This document shows positions 1-13,241 of a DNA stretch of 64,000 bases, piece after piece. The stretch spans positions 12,636,582 to 12,700,581 of the forward strand of contig CM119265.1 of assembly GCA_051294375.1 (NCBI GenBank), given 5' to 3'. The notes below the pieces were generated by a model. The model saw nothing but the letters and a program-made list of their open reading frames with translations. It searched no databases and was not told where the DNA came from. Both the position numbers and the translations under genes were made by a program. This stretch comes from Paraspadella gotoi (taxonomy: Eukaryota; Animalia; Chaetognatha). Each line of letters begins with the position of its first letter. The stretch's first letter is position 1.

Positions 1-67
1 CAAATAGATACAAAATAAGAAAGAGATTACCTTTTGTTATTAACTTAACTTTTGTTATTAAATTAAG

Positions 68-217
68 GCCTACAACTACGTCCAGAGTTGCCTGGAGTGG
101 GAGAGCATTCCTCGCAGCCTCGTCGCCTGCTTCGTCTACGCCGAGTTGGTCCACCACGCCCAAATCTTCCACCTTCCTCTGATTCTCGTCGGCGCCATCG
201 TCTGGAACTACGCTTCG
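68..217 (+). CDS. MCTP: Internal exon resembling the first membrane region of a multiple-C2-and-transmembrane-domain protein (MCTP)
   Basis: AG at 66-67 and GTGAGG at 218 bound a 150-nt phase 0-0 exon: AYNYVQSCLEWESIPRSLVACFVYAELVHHAQIFHLPLILVGAIVWNYAS. This matches the recalled MCTP pattern YVxSCF(D/E)W(D/E)SxxRSL...hydrophobic...WNY. The frame is not in the ORF track. Recognition is from memory, without a search. Confidence 0.65.
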
Positions 218-1485
218 GTGAGGATGGGCTGGGCTCGTTAATACTTCAAGTTTTTTTGTTTAAAATTTTTGTTTAAAATTTTTAGTTTTATGTAGTTTTT
301 CAGAGTTAAATATATGTATAATGTAGTTGAAATTAAAGAGCCGTTCAGTTAGTTTGTTTGAATTTTATTCAAATCTAATGTTTAATCTCCCATAGTTGAT
401 GAAAAGTCTTTAAAAAATTATGCCATTCTGACTTCATGCTCAGGATAATACTGATAATTCTGATAATACTACTACTTCAATTTAAATGAGACAACAGTTT
501 TGTTGATTAAGAAAAAAACGATGCTCCCAGAATGTTTTTTTTGAAATGAGATCTAGGTATCTTAAAGCTTTCGCAAAGTCATAGACTTCAGACTCATAGG
601 TTTATTAACAATTCATCAACACGTTTTCTCTGCGTGACCGTATAAAACCCCAATGATGAAACCTTTTCTTGACGTCGAATGAGATCGATTCGAATTTTAC
701 GATCTTTTGCTTTCCGGTTAAANNNNNNNNNNNNNNNNNNNNNNNNNNNNNNNNNNNNNNNNNNNNNNNNNNNNNNNNNNNNNNNNNNNNNNNNNNNNNN
801 NNNNNNNNNNNNNNNNNNNNNNNNNNNNNNNNNNNNNNNNNNNNNNNNNNNNNNNNNNNNNNNNNNNNNNNNNNNNNNNNNNNNNNNNNNNNNNNNNNNN
901 NNNNNNNNNNNNNNNNNNNNNNNNNNNNNNNNNNNNNNNNNNNNNNNNNNNNNNNNNNNNNNNNNNNNNNNNNNNNNNNNNNNNNNNNNNNNNNNNNNNN
1001 NNNNNNNNNNNNNNNNNNNNNNNNNNNNNNNNNNNNNNNNNNNNNNNNNNNNNNNNNNNNNNNNNNNNNNNNNNNNNNNNNNNNNNNNNNNNNNNNNNNN
1101 NNNNNNNNNNNNNNNNNNNNNNNNNNNNNNNNNNNNNNNNNNNNNNNNNNNNNNNNNNNNNNNNNNNNNNNNNNNNNNNNNNNNNNNNNNNNNNNNNNNN
1201 NNNNNNNNNNNNNNNNNNNNNNNNNNNNNNNNNNNNNNNNNNNNNNNNNNNNNNNNNNNNNNNNNNNNNNNNNNNNNNNNNNNNNNNNNNNNNNNNNNNN
1301 NNNNNNNNNNNNNNNNNNNNNNNNNNNNNNNNNNNNNNNNNNNNNNNNNNNNNNNNNNNNNNNNNNNNNNNNNNNNNNNNNNNNNNNNNNNNNNNNNNNN
1401 NNNNNNNNNNNNNNNNNNNNNNNNNNNNNNNNNNNNNNCACAATTTCTGTCTAGACCGACTCCTCTGACACAACGCGTAACTTAC

Positions 1486-1623
1486 CCAGCGAACGTACAG
1501 AGTTCAGTCTTCCGCCCGAACCGTCAATTCCTCGCCCGTTCATTCTTGGTGAAATGTCGATACAGATTTCCTGAGAAATGGGAACGGCTCGCAATACACT
1601 TGTGATATGGAGGAGTTTTGAAC
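1486..1623 (-). CDS. Possible exon of an unidentified minus-strand gene
   Basis: There is an acceptor (atctcag) before 1623 and a GTAAGT donor at 1485, with one open frame (SKLLHITSVLRAVPISQEICIDISPRMNGRGIDGSGGRLNSVRSL). A further GTAAGA donor lies at 1779 in GC-rich DNA, and GTCACGTGAT is at ~1916-1925. No homology recognised. Confidence 0.25.
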
Positions 1624-2687
1624 CTGAGATATTATCTCTCTTGTTTAAACGCGTTGCCTGGCAACACTCCTCGCGCACTTCCCCTATGTAAAGGGAGCGG
1701 GATTTGGTTCGGGTCGACGAGCTGATCGTGTTTTTCCTACGCCGGTAGGATATCCGAGTGACGCACACCGTCGTCTTACGTCGGTGTCGGGGCAGTCCAT
1801 AAGTTGGGTGCTGTGCGGCTACGGCGGCGGGTGCGGCTTTCTGTGCGTGTCGCCGATGTCAGCTTCGGTCCGCTAAAATTTGCACCTCTCGTCGGTGTCT
1901 AATCGCGACGAGTATGTCACGTGATTTTCCGTAAGATCGTTATTAAAAAATGTTTTCGGACCCGTGGGGAACTTCACTCAGAAACTAGATTAGAATTTAT
2001 AAAAAAAAAGTGATGATTGAGCAGAGATACACATGAGCGAGCAGCAGGCACGCTGCAAAAATAAGGCGATTTACTGTTAACAAGATATCCGGGTGATTTA
2101 AACCGAGGAAACGGAAACAGAGAAAAAACATTAAATACTAATAAAATAATGAACATCCCATAAGGAGTTCAACGTATTATAAATTATCTCATCATGGTGA
2201 ATTTTATTATCATATTTACTCATGTTTACTACACGACTCCAGCCTCACCTTTTCCACGTAAACTTGTCGTCAAAATGCGTTTGCATAAAAACAAAAGTCG
2301 AACGAAAAAACGTTGATGGGTAAAAATGATTTCAGTCTCTTTTTCTTTCCTTAGAAAAAAAAACCCGAGGAGCGAAAAGCTGCATAAGTAAAAGTCAAGG
2401 ACGTAGGGTGCGCTAAGTCGAAAAAAGCCTCCAAGGAGTAAACAGCCTTTACNNNNNNNNNNNNNNNNNNNNNNNNNNNNNNNNNNNNNNNNNNNNNNNN
2501 NNNNNNNNNNNNNNNNNNNNNNNNNNNNNNNNNNNNNNNNNNNNNNNNNNNNNNNNNNNNNNNNNNNNNNNNNNNNNNNNNNNNNNNNNNNNNNNNNNNN
2601 NNNNNNNNNNNNNNNNNNNNNNNNNNNNNNNNNNNNNNNNNNNNNNNNNNNNNNNNNNNNNNNNNNNNNNNNNNNNNNNNNNNNNNN

Positions 2688-3005
2688 CTCACTTCGATGC
2701 ACGCCATAATAAACAAGGTGAGGCTTTTTAACTTGCTCCTCCCCCTCCACCCCTGCCGCCACCACCCCTGCCGCCACCACCCCAACGCTTCCCTTCCCAT
2801 TTTTCTTTTCCAGTCGATGGAGCTCGTCGAGTCGGAGAGCGCGCCAGAGAAAGCGACGGCGCCGTCCCGCTCGGGGGCGCGGTGGGCGCGGTTGGCCCGC
2901 CAACTTCCCGTCTCCGCCGGCGCCAGACTCGGGCCGAACATGCTCGTGGCGGCGGTGGGCGTGATCATGACGTGGGAACTCGTGTGGGCAGCCTTCATGG
3001 GGTGA
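2688..3005 (+). CDS. Last two exons of an unidentified protein with a hydrophobic C-terminal tail (GPI-signal or tail-anchor like)
   Basis: The exon end LTSMHAIINK is followed by GTGAGG at 2718. A 96-nt intron ends in ttttcttttccag (2813). The GC-rich terminal exon 2814-3005 encodes SMELVESESAPEKATAPSRSGARWARLARQLPVSAGARLGPNMLVAAVGVIMTWELVWAAFMG*. Confidence 0.6.
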   Translation, partial: LTSMHAIINKVRLFNLLLPLHPCRHHPCRHHPNASLPIFLFQSMELVESESAPEKATAPSRSGARWARLARQLPVSAGARLGPNMLVAAVGVIMTWELVWAAFMG

Positions 3006-3318
3006 TAGGGTGATTCTCTCGATCGAATTTGATTTTCAGTAAAAATGTTCTGTCAAATCTTTCTAAGATTTAATTGATTGATCGTTCCGTTTTATTGTTA
3101 TTTTTTTTTTTTAATTATATATTCTTATGCGATCCAGGTGGAAGAAAAAGAATTAAAAAAACAAGAACGGTAATTCCAATGTGTTGCGCCGCAGTGACTT
3201 TATTTTCACATGCACTGCATCACAATTTTTTTTTTATTCTTTATAGTTTTTCAGAATTTCTGAAGGCAGCGCTAGCAGTCCCTTATATTTGAGGTTTTTT
3301 CCTGTCTTAACAAATAAG

Positions 3319-3447
3319 CAACAAGCTATATGCAAATTCTATGCATTTTTAACGTAAGTGGGACAGACCGACGGACAGACATACCAACGGACTTACCGAC
3401 AGACCTTTCCGAAAAGTGACTCCGCGAGTACTCGCGGCGCAACTCAA
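3319..3447. mobile_element. Short Helentron/DINE-1-like non-autonomous element (candidate)
   Basis: It has an AACAAG end, a degenerate GACAGACCGACGGACAGAC microsatellite and a perfect 16-bp palindrome CCGCGAGTACTCGCGG (3422-3437) near an A-rich end. This layout resembles HINE/DINE-1 elements. Single copy in the window. Confidence 0.35.
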
Positions 3448-3817
3448 ACCCCTTCCGAAACCAAACCCAATGCCAATATTTTTTTAACGAAAATTCGTGT
3501 TGGCATTTCGTTCTCCCGCTGCGTTTGGCAGGTTGGAAGTTGACAAGCCAATCTTGAAGACCTTTCAAAGATGTCGAGAATGAAATTGCATCGGGTAAAA
3601 ACGGGAAGGAGGCTGGAGCGGAAGTAGTGGAGTCTTAAGGGCGGCGTTAATGGATTTAGTGGAGCGACGACAAAAGAAAAGAGCAAAACTGAGAATTGAG
3701 GAAAGATTGATGTAGAAAGTCGAAAGATTGATGGAGCTGAGCTGTATTAAAAAATAATTTTAAAATGGATTGTCTTGAAACTTCCGCTTCGACTCGTTTT
3801 TTTTTTTTTGCGGCCTG

Positions 3818-3859
3818 TAATAATAATAATAATAATATAATAATAATAATAATAAAATA

Positions 3860-3897
<38 letters not shown>

Positions 3898-3905
3898 TAA
3901 TAATT
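3818..3905. repeat. (TAA)n microsatellite
   Basis: Directly visible; the second copy abuts the gap at 15808. Confidence 0.95.
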
Positions 3906-5424
3906 ACGCTTGTACGAATGAAAAGAAGTTGTATTTTTTTTTCAGAAATACACGTCATATCGATTTTTTTTATCTGGATAATGACAAAGGTTCAACAAAA
4001 CAAGCAGAAACAGACAGCTAAATTACAGATACAATAACGGAACATATTTTCCTCTATAAAATCTATTCCAAAAGTATCCAATGTATTTTGTACATAAGTT
4101 GTTGAAATGAAAAAAAAAAAGAATCAATTGATTACGATCCACACAAAAAAATCATGAGAAAACAAAATCCAGTGGCTTAATGCCATTCCTTTTCTGTCCT
4201 ACTATCTCTACATTTCATTACTCATTTCATTACTCATTATATAAAATGCTCGTTTGCAGTAATTTTTTTGCAGTAATTTTCTCAACTTTTCCCCGATCAA
4301 ATTAAAAACAGACAAGAAATTTCATTGTGAAACCCCTCACGACTGAACGGACAGATAAACAGACAAAGGAATACATCGAGAAAATGAAAATATGTCTTTT
4401 TGCGTCATGACGGGCAATGACGAAAAAAATTTTAAAAAAAGTTAAATCGGTATAAAAAATCCTTGAAAAAAAATCTCAGTAAAACACAAACTATCTTACC
4501 GAAAAACAAATATGAAAAAAACTACTTAATGAGACAGATGAAGCAAAAAATACTCCCGGCAGTGGTTTTAATACTGCTGGCCGACAGTAAGAGGCGACGG
4601 GGGATAACCAAAACGGAGTCTTTGCTCGTTTGTCTACTTTTTAAAAATTTTTTGGCGCAAAACTTTCAAGAGTTTCGTCGGTCGACGCCCTCTTCCGTTT
4701 CTCCAATTCGTTTCAAGGGCCCTCCGTCGGACGACGCCGAGCGATGGCGGCGGCGGCGGTTGCACGAATCGTCCACAAGGCCCCAACGGGCCGCCGCAGC
4801 CGCCGCCCCCAGACCGGACTCCGCCGCCGTGAGTCTGCGGGTGGAGTCGATCGAGATGAGTGATCGCCTCCGCAGCGCCCGTCGTCGGCGGCGAACGACG
4901 TCAACGACGACGTCATCGAGAGTTTAACGTCGACGTCGACGCGGCGTCTTTGAAATCGGCGTCCAGCGCCACCAACGGCGGAGATTTGGAGAGGAAGCAG
5001 ATGGAGTTGAGCTGTGGTTGGGGGGGAAGGGAAAAGGGGAAGAAGGGGAAGGGGAAAGGAATGGAAAAAATGGAGTTTAGTTAATGTCCGTCATTGTCTT
5101 GGTAAACCTAAAGAATTAGAAAGGGACAACAAACTCGAGAAGAAAAAAAAAACTGATCAACAAAAAAAAATCGACAAACAAAAACAAAAGATCGGCATCC
5201 TTTTCTCGTGCTCTTTTGTTTTATAAACGAATCGAGCGTCCTCAACGGACAGGCTGCCTGTTTCTAACATCGTCCTCTGTTTCTCTGTTGTTTCTTGACC
5301 AGTCTTGGTGAGTTTCTTCCTTTGTTTTCATTTCTGGTTTCTGAGTTGCTTTTTTATTCTTCATTCTAAAATCTCGACAAGAGGAGGCCTAATTCATGCG
5401 GAAGGTTTTTGATTAGGCGGCCGA

Positions 5425-5489
<65 letters not shown>

Positions 5490-5628
5490 TCTCTCTCTCT
5501 CTCTCTCGCATTGCACCAGGACTGTTATCCCGACTGGCTTCATTTGCTAATGAAGCATCATTGGCGCAGGAATGGATGACAGCGAGACAAGCGGAAGAGA
5601 AGAGAAACAATTCTAAGTATGAACCGGG

Positions 5629-5706
<78 letters not shown>

Positions 5707-5989
5707 ATATTTCGAAAAATCCAATAATGTTATTAATGAAAGAGTCGCTTCATTTTGCATTGTCCTTCATTCCCACTCTCTCCCGAGACAAATTGCCCCA
5801 AAATCCTCCTCTTTTTCCCGATCGACGGTTTTTTAGGAGTTTACTTTTGATTACCAGCGCAGGCGCGGAAATTGCGCAAAGATGTCGAGGTGTGGAGGCG
5901 CGGAGGTGCAATTGGTAATAGGGCGCCAAATTTATTTCGACTTAATCTTAATCAGAACCAATAAAGCTGAGGTCCAGGGGGAGACGGAG

Positions 5990-6086
<97 letters not shown>

Positions 6087-8592
6087 TAACGAAAGAAAGA
6101 GTTCCAAATTAAAGACACGTCTATGTGATTTCCAACAGTAATATTTTAGTTTTCGTTGCATTTAAAAAAAAAGGAATTCCTTTAAAAATTACTAAAAATA
6201 TGCCATATATATTTTTTATTTTCTGATTAGATCACTTCTTTTCATTTTTTCGTCTACTCACTTCTTTCCTACCTGCTTCAATTTCATTTTTACTTAATTT
6301 ATTGAACCTTTTAAGTTTTTCGTGCTTTCTTCTCTCCTCTCTTATCGGAATCAAATTTAAATTAATTACGATTTGAACAGAGTTTGTAAGTAATTGACAA
6401 GAAAATATGCTTCAAATTAATTTCTCGCTCACTCAGTTTTCCTTTCCTCTTTCCTCTCTACTCACCCTACTTTCTTTCTTTATTCTGCCTCCGCTGTCAA
6501 ACTTCTAATTTTCTTTCTCCACTTTTCTTTTCTTCAGTCGTCGCGACCTTTTCCCTCTCTTGATTTTTTTTTTGGTTCTCGCGATATTTTTAACTTTCAC
6601 TGCCGCTTCATTTCATTTTCTTTCCCTTTTTTTTTACTAGTTCTTTTTTTCGCCCTTTTTTTTTTCTAAAAAACAAACAAAAAAAATCTTCAGTCGTTTT
6701 GAATAATTTTGTTCTGCATTTGATGCGTCTTGACCTCGAAAGAATCAAAATTCTAAAATGATGATAAATAAGATAAAATACAGCCATCTCGTATACAATA
6801 CACATTACAAATATCTATACATGGTACTATTGTAGTACTGTAGTATTGTAGTATTGGTACATCATTGTAAAGCGTTTATATATTTTCTAAATTTTACCAA
6901 ATATTTATCGGTAAACAGTCAGCGACGTGACGGGTCAGCCCTACTTCCGCGCCGCGTGACGCCCGTAACCAGTTTCTCCGTCTTCACACGCAGCTTGCGC
7001 GGTCATCTTTTCCCCGGCGAGGGCCACAACTTCGCAATATGACGTTCTTCCACGTTGGTCTCTGTCCAATTCGTCTCCATTTTATCCCCATCCTCTCCAT
7101 CTTTCCTTTCCATTTCTGGCACATCCTCTCTGTTTTTTTTTTTTTTTTTTTTTTTTTTGTGGCCCGGCGCGGGAGGAGGAAAGGAGAAAGATAAAGAGAG
7201 GGAGAGAGAGGGAGACAGAGCAACGAAAAAAAAGAAGGAAAAAAAATAGAAAGATATATAAACGCGGAGAAAGGATATTTTTCTTATTCGCTGGGTTTTA
7301 TTTTCCTATTTCACAATCGTTTCCTTCTTCGGATTTTCTTTTTTTCTTTCTTCTGATATAAATATTTGGATTTTTTTTTTTTAAATTTCTTTTCCCAATG
7401 CGATAGAACGTCGTTTCTTAGTTTTTATCATTTTTTTCTCTTCGAATAATTTCCTGCAAAAAGGTAATATTTGTTACAAGATAATTTCTCTTCTAACAAA
7501 GTTTTTTTCTGTCATCATCGACAGCATTTCCTGAAATCAATTCTCTACTTTGCATTTTTTATTCTCTTTTCTTATAAAAAATATTTTTCCTCTTTTGACC
7601 GAATCCTAGACCCAAAACCTTACACATTCGCGGGTCAGTGACCCCGAAATTCCGGAGCGCCGACCCGGGCCGCTCATAAATCGTGACCACGTCGCCATGG
7701 CGGCGGCGGCGGCGGAGGCGGCTATGAAAGAGGTGGCGTGGGTAGAAACGCAGATGGCTGCTGTGAATATTGTGTTTACAGCCGAGGGAGGTCTTAATGT
7801 TGATGAAATTGTCATCAACGATGGCGTTGATTATCGACTGAGTCGGTGTCGGAAGCTGTATCATAGGCGAACCAGGCAGTGGCGGAAGCGGAAGGCAGAA
7901 GCGGAAGCGGAAGCGGAAGGCAGAAGCGGAGGCGCCAGGATCTGAAAGTGATGGTGAAAGGCAGCGGAGAAGCTGGAAAGCTTTCGGTCCCGAAGTTTTG
8001 AAACCTAACGGGAGTTATGACCAACGAGTAAAGAAAAGTGATTCACTATAATCATGACGAAATTCGGAGCCATGATGAGGATGTCCAGAAAGGTTTATCT
8101 GAAGACTGAACTGAAACGTTGTGCGAATTCGAAGCAGAATCTGCGAGGAAAATTCGTGGAAGAAGCTATGCGACAGTTAATTTTATTGCTACACCTGACG
8201 ACTTCGACTGACTGATTCGATTTTCGAAGAAACAAACTGAATTAAGCGCGCCTTGACAGGGAGGAAGAAGTGGAGGAAAGGAGGAAGAGTGGAAGAGAAA
8301 AGGAGGCGAGAAAAGATGAGAAAGATAGAAAGAAAGAAAAAGATAAAGGAGTATAAGAGCTTATTAAAGAAGGAAGAAGATGAGAAGAAAACGTCGAGGA
8401 AAGAGGAAAGAAAGGGAGGCGAGTTTAGGCGGGAGAAGAATCGGAAAAGTGTCCGTTTACATTCGTGAAATAAATAAAAACGTTAAAAAAAAGAAGCCGG
8501 CAACAATTTCACGGCCGAAGGGAGTATAAACGAATAAAAGGAGAGCAAACAAACAAAAACAAAAGGAGAGGAGATGTGAGTGCGTGTGTAAT

Positions 8593-8655
<63 letters not shown>

Positions 8656-9087
8656 AGGAGAGAGAGAGAGAGAGATGAGATGAGATGATAGAGATGGATG
8701 AATGATATGGAATAATGAATAAACAAAGAAAGAAAATGGGGACGAAAAGAATAGAGAGCTAGAGAGCTAGAGAGCGAGAGAATGAGAGAGCGAGAGATCG
8801 AGCTCAGCTTTACTGTTTTATTGGTACGCATAGTGTAAATCTATCGCAACCTCGGATGTCGCCGGTCGAAGGCTGTCCGATTTTTTTCCTCGTCTTTTCC
8901 CCCCCCTTTTCCTCGTCCTCGTAAATTCTCTATCCGTTTATTTGCTTCTATACCTTTTTACAATTCTTTCTTTTTGTGAAAAATCTCTCCTTTCACTTCT
9001 TCGAATTTTTCTCAGAATATTTTACCTGCGGCCGCAGTCTCTTAACTCTTTTTCTAATTATATTCTCCGAAATCTCAACCCCGATCA

Positions 9088-9200
9088 CTCAATTCTTTGC
9101 TTCCCCTCGTACCCTTAATTATTCTCAATTCTTTGCTTCCCCCCTCGTACCTTAATTATTCTCAATTCTTTGCTTCCCGCCTCATACCCTTAATTATTCT
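9088..9200. repeat. ~36-bp minisatellite, ~3 units (duplicate at 21054-21168)
   Basis: The unit CTCAATTCTTTGCTTCCCCTCGTACCCTTAATTATT is visible in tandem. Confidence 0.9.
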
Positions 9201-12200
9201 TTTCTTAGCTTTCACTTCCTCCCTCATTCGCCTTTTTCTTGTCATCCAATCCTTTCATCTTTCCCTATTTCACCTCCCCGCCCCTACCCTTCTATTTCCT
9301 TACACTTCCGCCACCGCCCCCGCCACCGCCACCGCCACACGACAGCTTTATCCCCTCACTCCCTTCCAACTTTCCTCTCCGTCTCCAAATTCGCGCCGCC
9401 GTCAGCGGTTTCGCCAAAATCATGTTTTCCTTGTCCGCCCTACGAACCCAACGCGACCTCATCGACCCCCTCCCCGCCCCCCCCCGACAACACCCCGACT
9501 TCCCCGCGTCAGCTGCCTCGGCGCGGGTGGCGGGCGCCACGGCGGTCGAGATGGATATCGATTGTTTCATCTCCCGGAAAAAAAAAGAGGGAGCTTCGGC
9601 GATGGGGGGGGGGGGTTGGAGAAGTTGCGAAGGCTTATCTTAATTAATTCGGTTAGGGAGGCTTTTTAAACGTCTCTCGTTAAAAGATAAGAGGTTCCGT
9701 CTCTCTCCTCACGCTCTCTTTCCAACTCACTCTCCCGTTTTTGTCTCCGTCCGCGTCATTTTGACTCTCTCTCTCTCTCCTCTGATTTGCCTCACTGGTT
9801 GTCGACTCGACAATTGCGAAAAATGTGGCCAAAAACAGAGAGAAAGAGAGAGTGAAAAAAAAAGTGGAGCGAAAATGGGGAAATTGACAGAAATTCCTGA
9901 GTTGGAAATTCGGAATCCGCGAAAATCAGGAAATCATTTAGCAGGCAATATTTGTAGACAAAATTCGCGAAATTCAATTGCCAGAATTAGAAACCTAATT
10001 TTCCAACAAAAAGACAAAAAATGACGACTAATAATTCAAGGAAGAAGCATAAGGAAAGTCTCCATTCCACCCTCGTCAACGATTCTAATTCGGAGCTGTT
10101 CAAGTTACAAAAAGCAGGACGCTTCATAGTGTATAGTGTATATTGAATAATTATAGTTTAAAGTTTACTAAATCGTGTTCGTCAGTTATACACACTAATA
10201 TAAGTTTTAAATTTGACGTAGGGAGCTTTAAACTTAAAGATTTATACATAATAATACTAGAAAGATAGATTTACACAAATACAAATCCGCTCACTCGAAT
10301 CCCAACAGAAAACGACTTTGAGTTTGACACTCTTTCTACTAACTTGACCGCGATCGCCGATTCCCATCAGAGAATTTCTCAACCAGACTTGGTCACGAAA
10401 GTCGGCCGACCAACTCCCCCACCCGCCGACGTTACACTAGCTCCGACGCCGCCATCACCTCCTTTGGCAGATCGACCTCCATTTGGCGCCGCTTAAAAGT
10501 TTTGGCGTCGAAAGAGCGAGACAAACAAAGATAAGTAATAAGCGAAAGGAAAAAGTCAGTTCGGGTGAGGATTTTCTGGAGGACGCGAGTGGGCCAAGAG
10601 GATGGGTGAGGGTCAGAAGATAAGTGAGCGAGATGAGGAGAAGCAATCGAAAAAAATGTTCCCTCTGTTTGGGAGATTTGGAGAGAAAATAAAAGAAACA
10701 TCGAAAGAAAACGAGGTGAATGACTCGAAGGAAGAGCGGCCGATGGAAGGCAGTGCTCACTTTTCAATGATGATGAATGTTAAACCGGCCACTGAGACGA
10801 ACGCAAATGAACAGAGCAATTATTCATTGATAAAAAGATCATAAGACCCCTTTAAATTCAAATATGTATCTCTATGGAGGACGTCGCCATATCTCCTTCT
10901 TTGTTCTCCCCAAGACAAGAAAGTAGAACAGAAAGCCATTCCCAAAAGTAAGCTACGAGAAAGAAAAAAGAAGGAAAAGAAAAGGGAAATAAAAAAGGAA
11001 AGAAAGGATTTCGGCGTCTAACGAGGATGGCACTTTCGGCGTCGGCCTTCGCTCTTCCGTTTCCCATAACGAGAACGATCAATCACCGATTCAGATTCTG
11101 CGTCTTGATCAAAAAATCCGATTCTCGACTCGAAAAACGAAAAGAATTGGCGAAATGAGCGACGAAGTTTTTATCGATGGACCAATCGGAGTTTTTTTTA
11201 TTCGGCTTGGCGACATTTCGATGGGGAGTTTCTCAGCGAACCAGGCGAACGACCGTTAGTGGGGTGGACGATGGTCTTACGCAGGCGACTCTTTTATAGT
11301 GGCCTTACTTACTTTATGTGCATGACGAGCTGTAAACTCATCTTTCATTTTTTTACACATTTTATTTCATAAAAAGCAAAGAAAAAAAAAATCAACATCA
11401 ACAATAAGAGATAAATTAAAATAAAAATGAAAGTAAAGAAAGGTAAATTGACAAATTGATTTTTTCTTATATTCTATTCTCTTTTAGTCAAAATTTCTTT
11501 GGGTTTCAAAAATTTAAATGCAAAAAATCCGCTTATTTTATTTTTAGGTAATCTGGCTAAGAAGATAGATAAGATGTACCAAGGGATCTAAAAAAATAAA
11601 TAAATAAAAGAAAGAACTAAGAAAGATAAAAAGAAAAAAAAAGAAAAGCAGTAACTTTTGAAAAAAGAAAGTGAGAAAGAGTGAAAGGAAAACGAGGAGA
11701 AAGCAGAAAAACCAAGAAATCAGAGAGAAAGGGCTTTTTTTTTTTTGTTTGACAGTGGAGGAAGAATGAGGAAGTTTCCTAGCCAATTGAGATGCGAGGG
11801 CACGGTAATCGCATAAGTAAATATTAGTTGTTTGTACCGTCGTGCCGTCATCGTCCTCGTCATCGTCGTCGATCTTCTCCGGTGTGCGACATCCGGCGGT
11901 GAAAAAAGAATAAAAAAAATAGAATCGAGTTCTGATTCGTCAAATTCGATTGAGACAAAACGAGGAATAAATCGAAGAGAGAGAAAAAAGTCGTTGCACG
12001 AAGAATGAATGAAACGCTAAGAAGTGAATAAAATCTTAAAAATAGAAATTAAAAAATGATAAAATTATTAATATGGAATAAGAGAAAAATTTATAGAATA
12101 ACTTGATTAAACATTTTTTGGGGGGTAACCAGACGAACACATTGAATAAAAGTGAAACAGAAAAGAATTATAATTAAAAATTAAAATTAAAAAATTAAAA

Positions 12201-12830
12201 AATAAATGAGTGTATAAAACTTAATTTATGTTCACAAAGTAGAGATAAAACAACGATTTAATTTGTGAAAACGTATTTGTTTCGGTTCACGTTCGAAACC
12301 TTCATCAGCGCAAACTCTCTACTTTGTAAACTAATTCCGAAACACAATGAAACAGAAAGGAAATTATACAAACACTTTATTTTAAAGAAGTAATGGCCTT
12401 GAAGGAAATGGGAACGAATAAACGTGAGTCTACAGAATTGTTTGATGAAAAGTGTGAAAATCATGATTAACAATCACATAATTCTGGCGTAAAGAACTGA
12501 ATGACTTATTGGTAATACTTAATTGGTAAAGATTATAGTGTATACGCCGTTTTCAGTGTGGCAAAGACTGGCAATTTTTACTTGCGTTCCTTCGACTTAG
12601 CGGCCGTCTCTGTTGAAGGCGTTTCTTCTTCCTAGATTTCGCGAGAAACTTCAACGTCACAAGTTGAAAGTAAAACGGAAATTTTTCTCTTTCGAAAAAT
12701 ATCATGAAATCTCGATGGACCCTTTTTAATTCTCTAAAGTCTCTTGTTTTTAGAATTTTGAATATGCGAAAATTTATATCCTTGTAAACAAAACACATTT
12801 AAACGTTTCAAAATCTAGTAATTTGCCGAC

Positions 12831-12913
<83 letters not shown>

Positions 12914-13241
12914 TCTCATCTCTCTCAGTGAAAAATGGTTTGGGCATTTTCTTGATTTTCTCCAGGAGACTCCGACGAAAACGATAGATAAAAAATGAAA
13001 TAAAATGAATAAAATGTAATAAAAAGGTATAAATGATGGAAAAGAAAAAGAAAGCGATATTTTTTAAAATACAAAAATTTTTCATACACGTTTTAGATTA
13101 TTAAAAAGTGTAATCTGCCTGATAACTACTTTTAAAAATTATCGTTTGGATATTTGCTAATTCTAAAGACAAACTGTTGTGAACGTCTGTCCATTTGATC
13201 CGAGCTAATTTTATCAAAATGAAAAAAAAATATAAGGCGAT

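Noticed and set aside
88-276. ORF-track peptide MPGVGEHSS...
   Set aside because: Wrong frame; the splice-bounded MCTP-like frame 68-217 explains the region.
605-1605. Long ORFs spanning the N gap (also 2229-2998)
   Set aside because: Their length comes from X residues, not real coding sequence.
5413-6161. RERERE/SLSLSL ORFs here and throughout the window
   Set aside because: These are translations of (GA)n/(CT)n microsatellites.
9088-9200. ~36-bp repeats as a CRISPR array
   Set aside because: Head-to-tail units without unique spacers, eukaryotic context and no cas genes.
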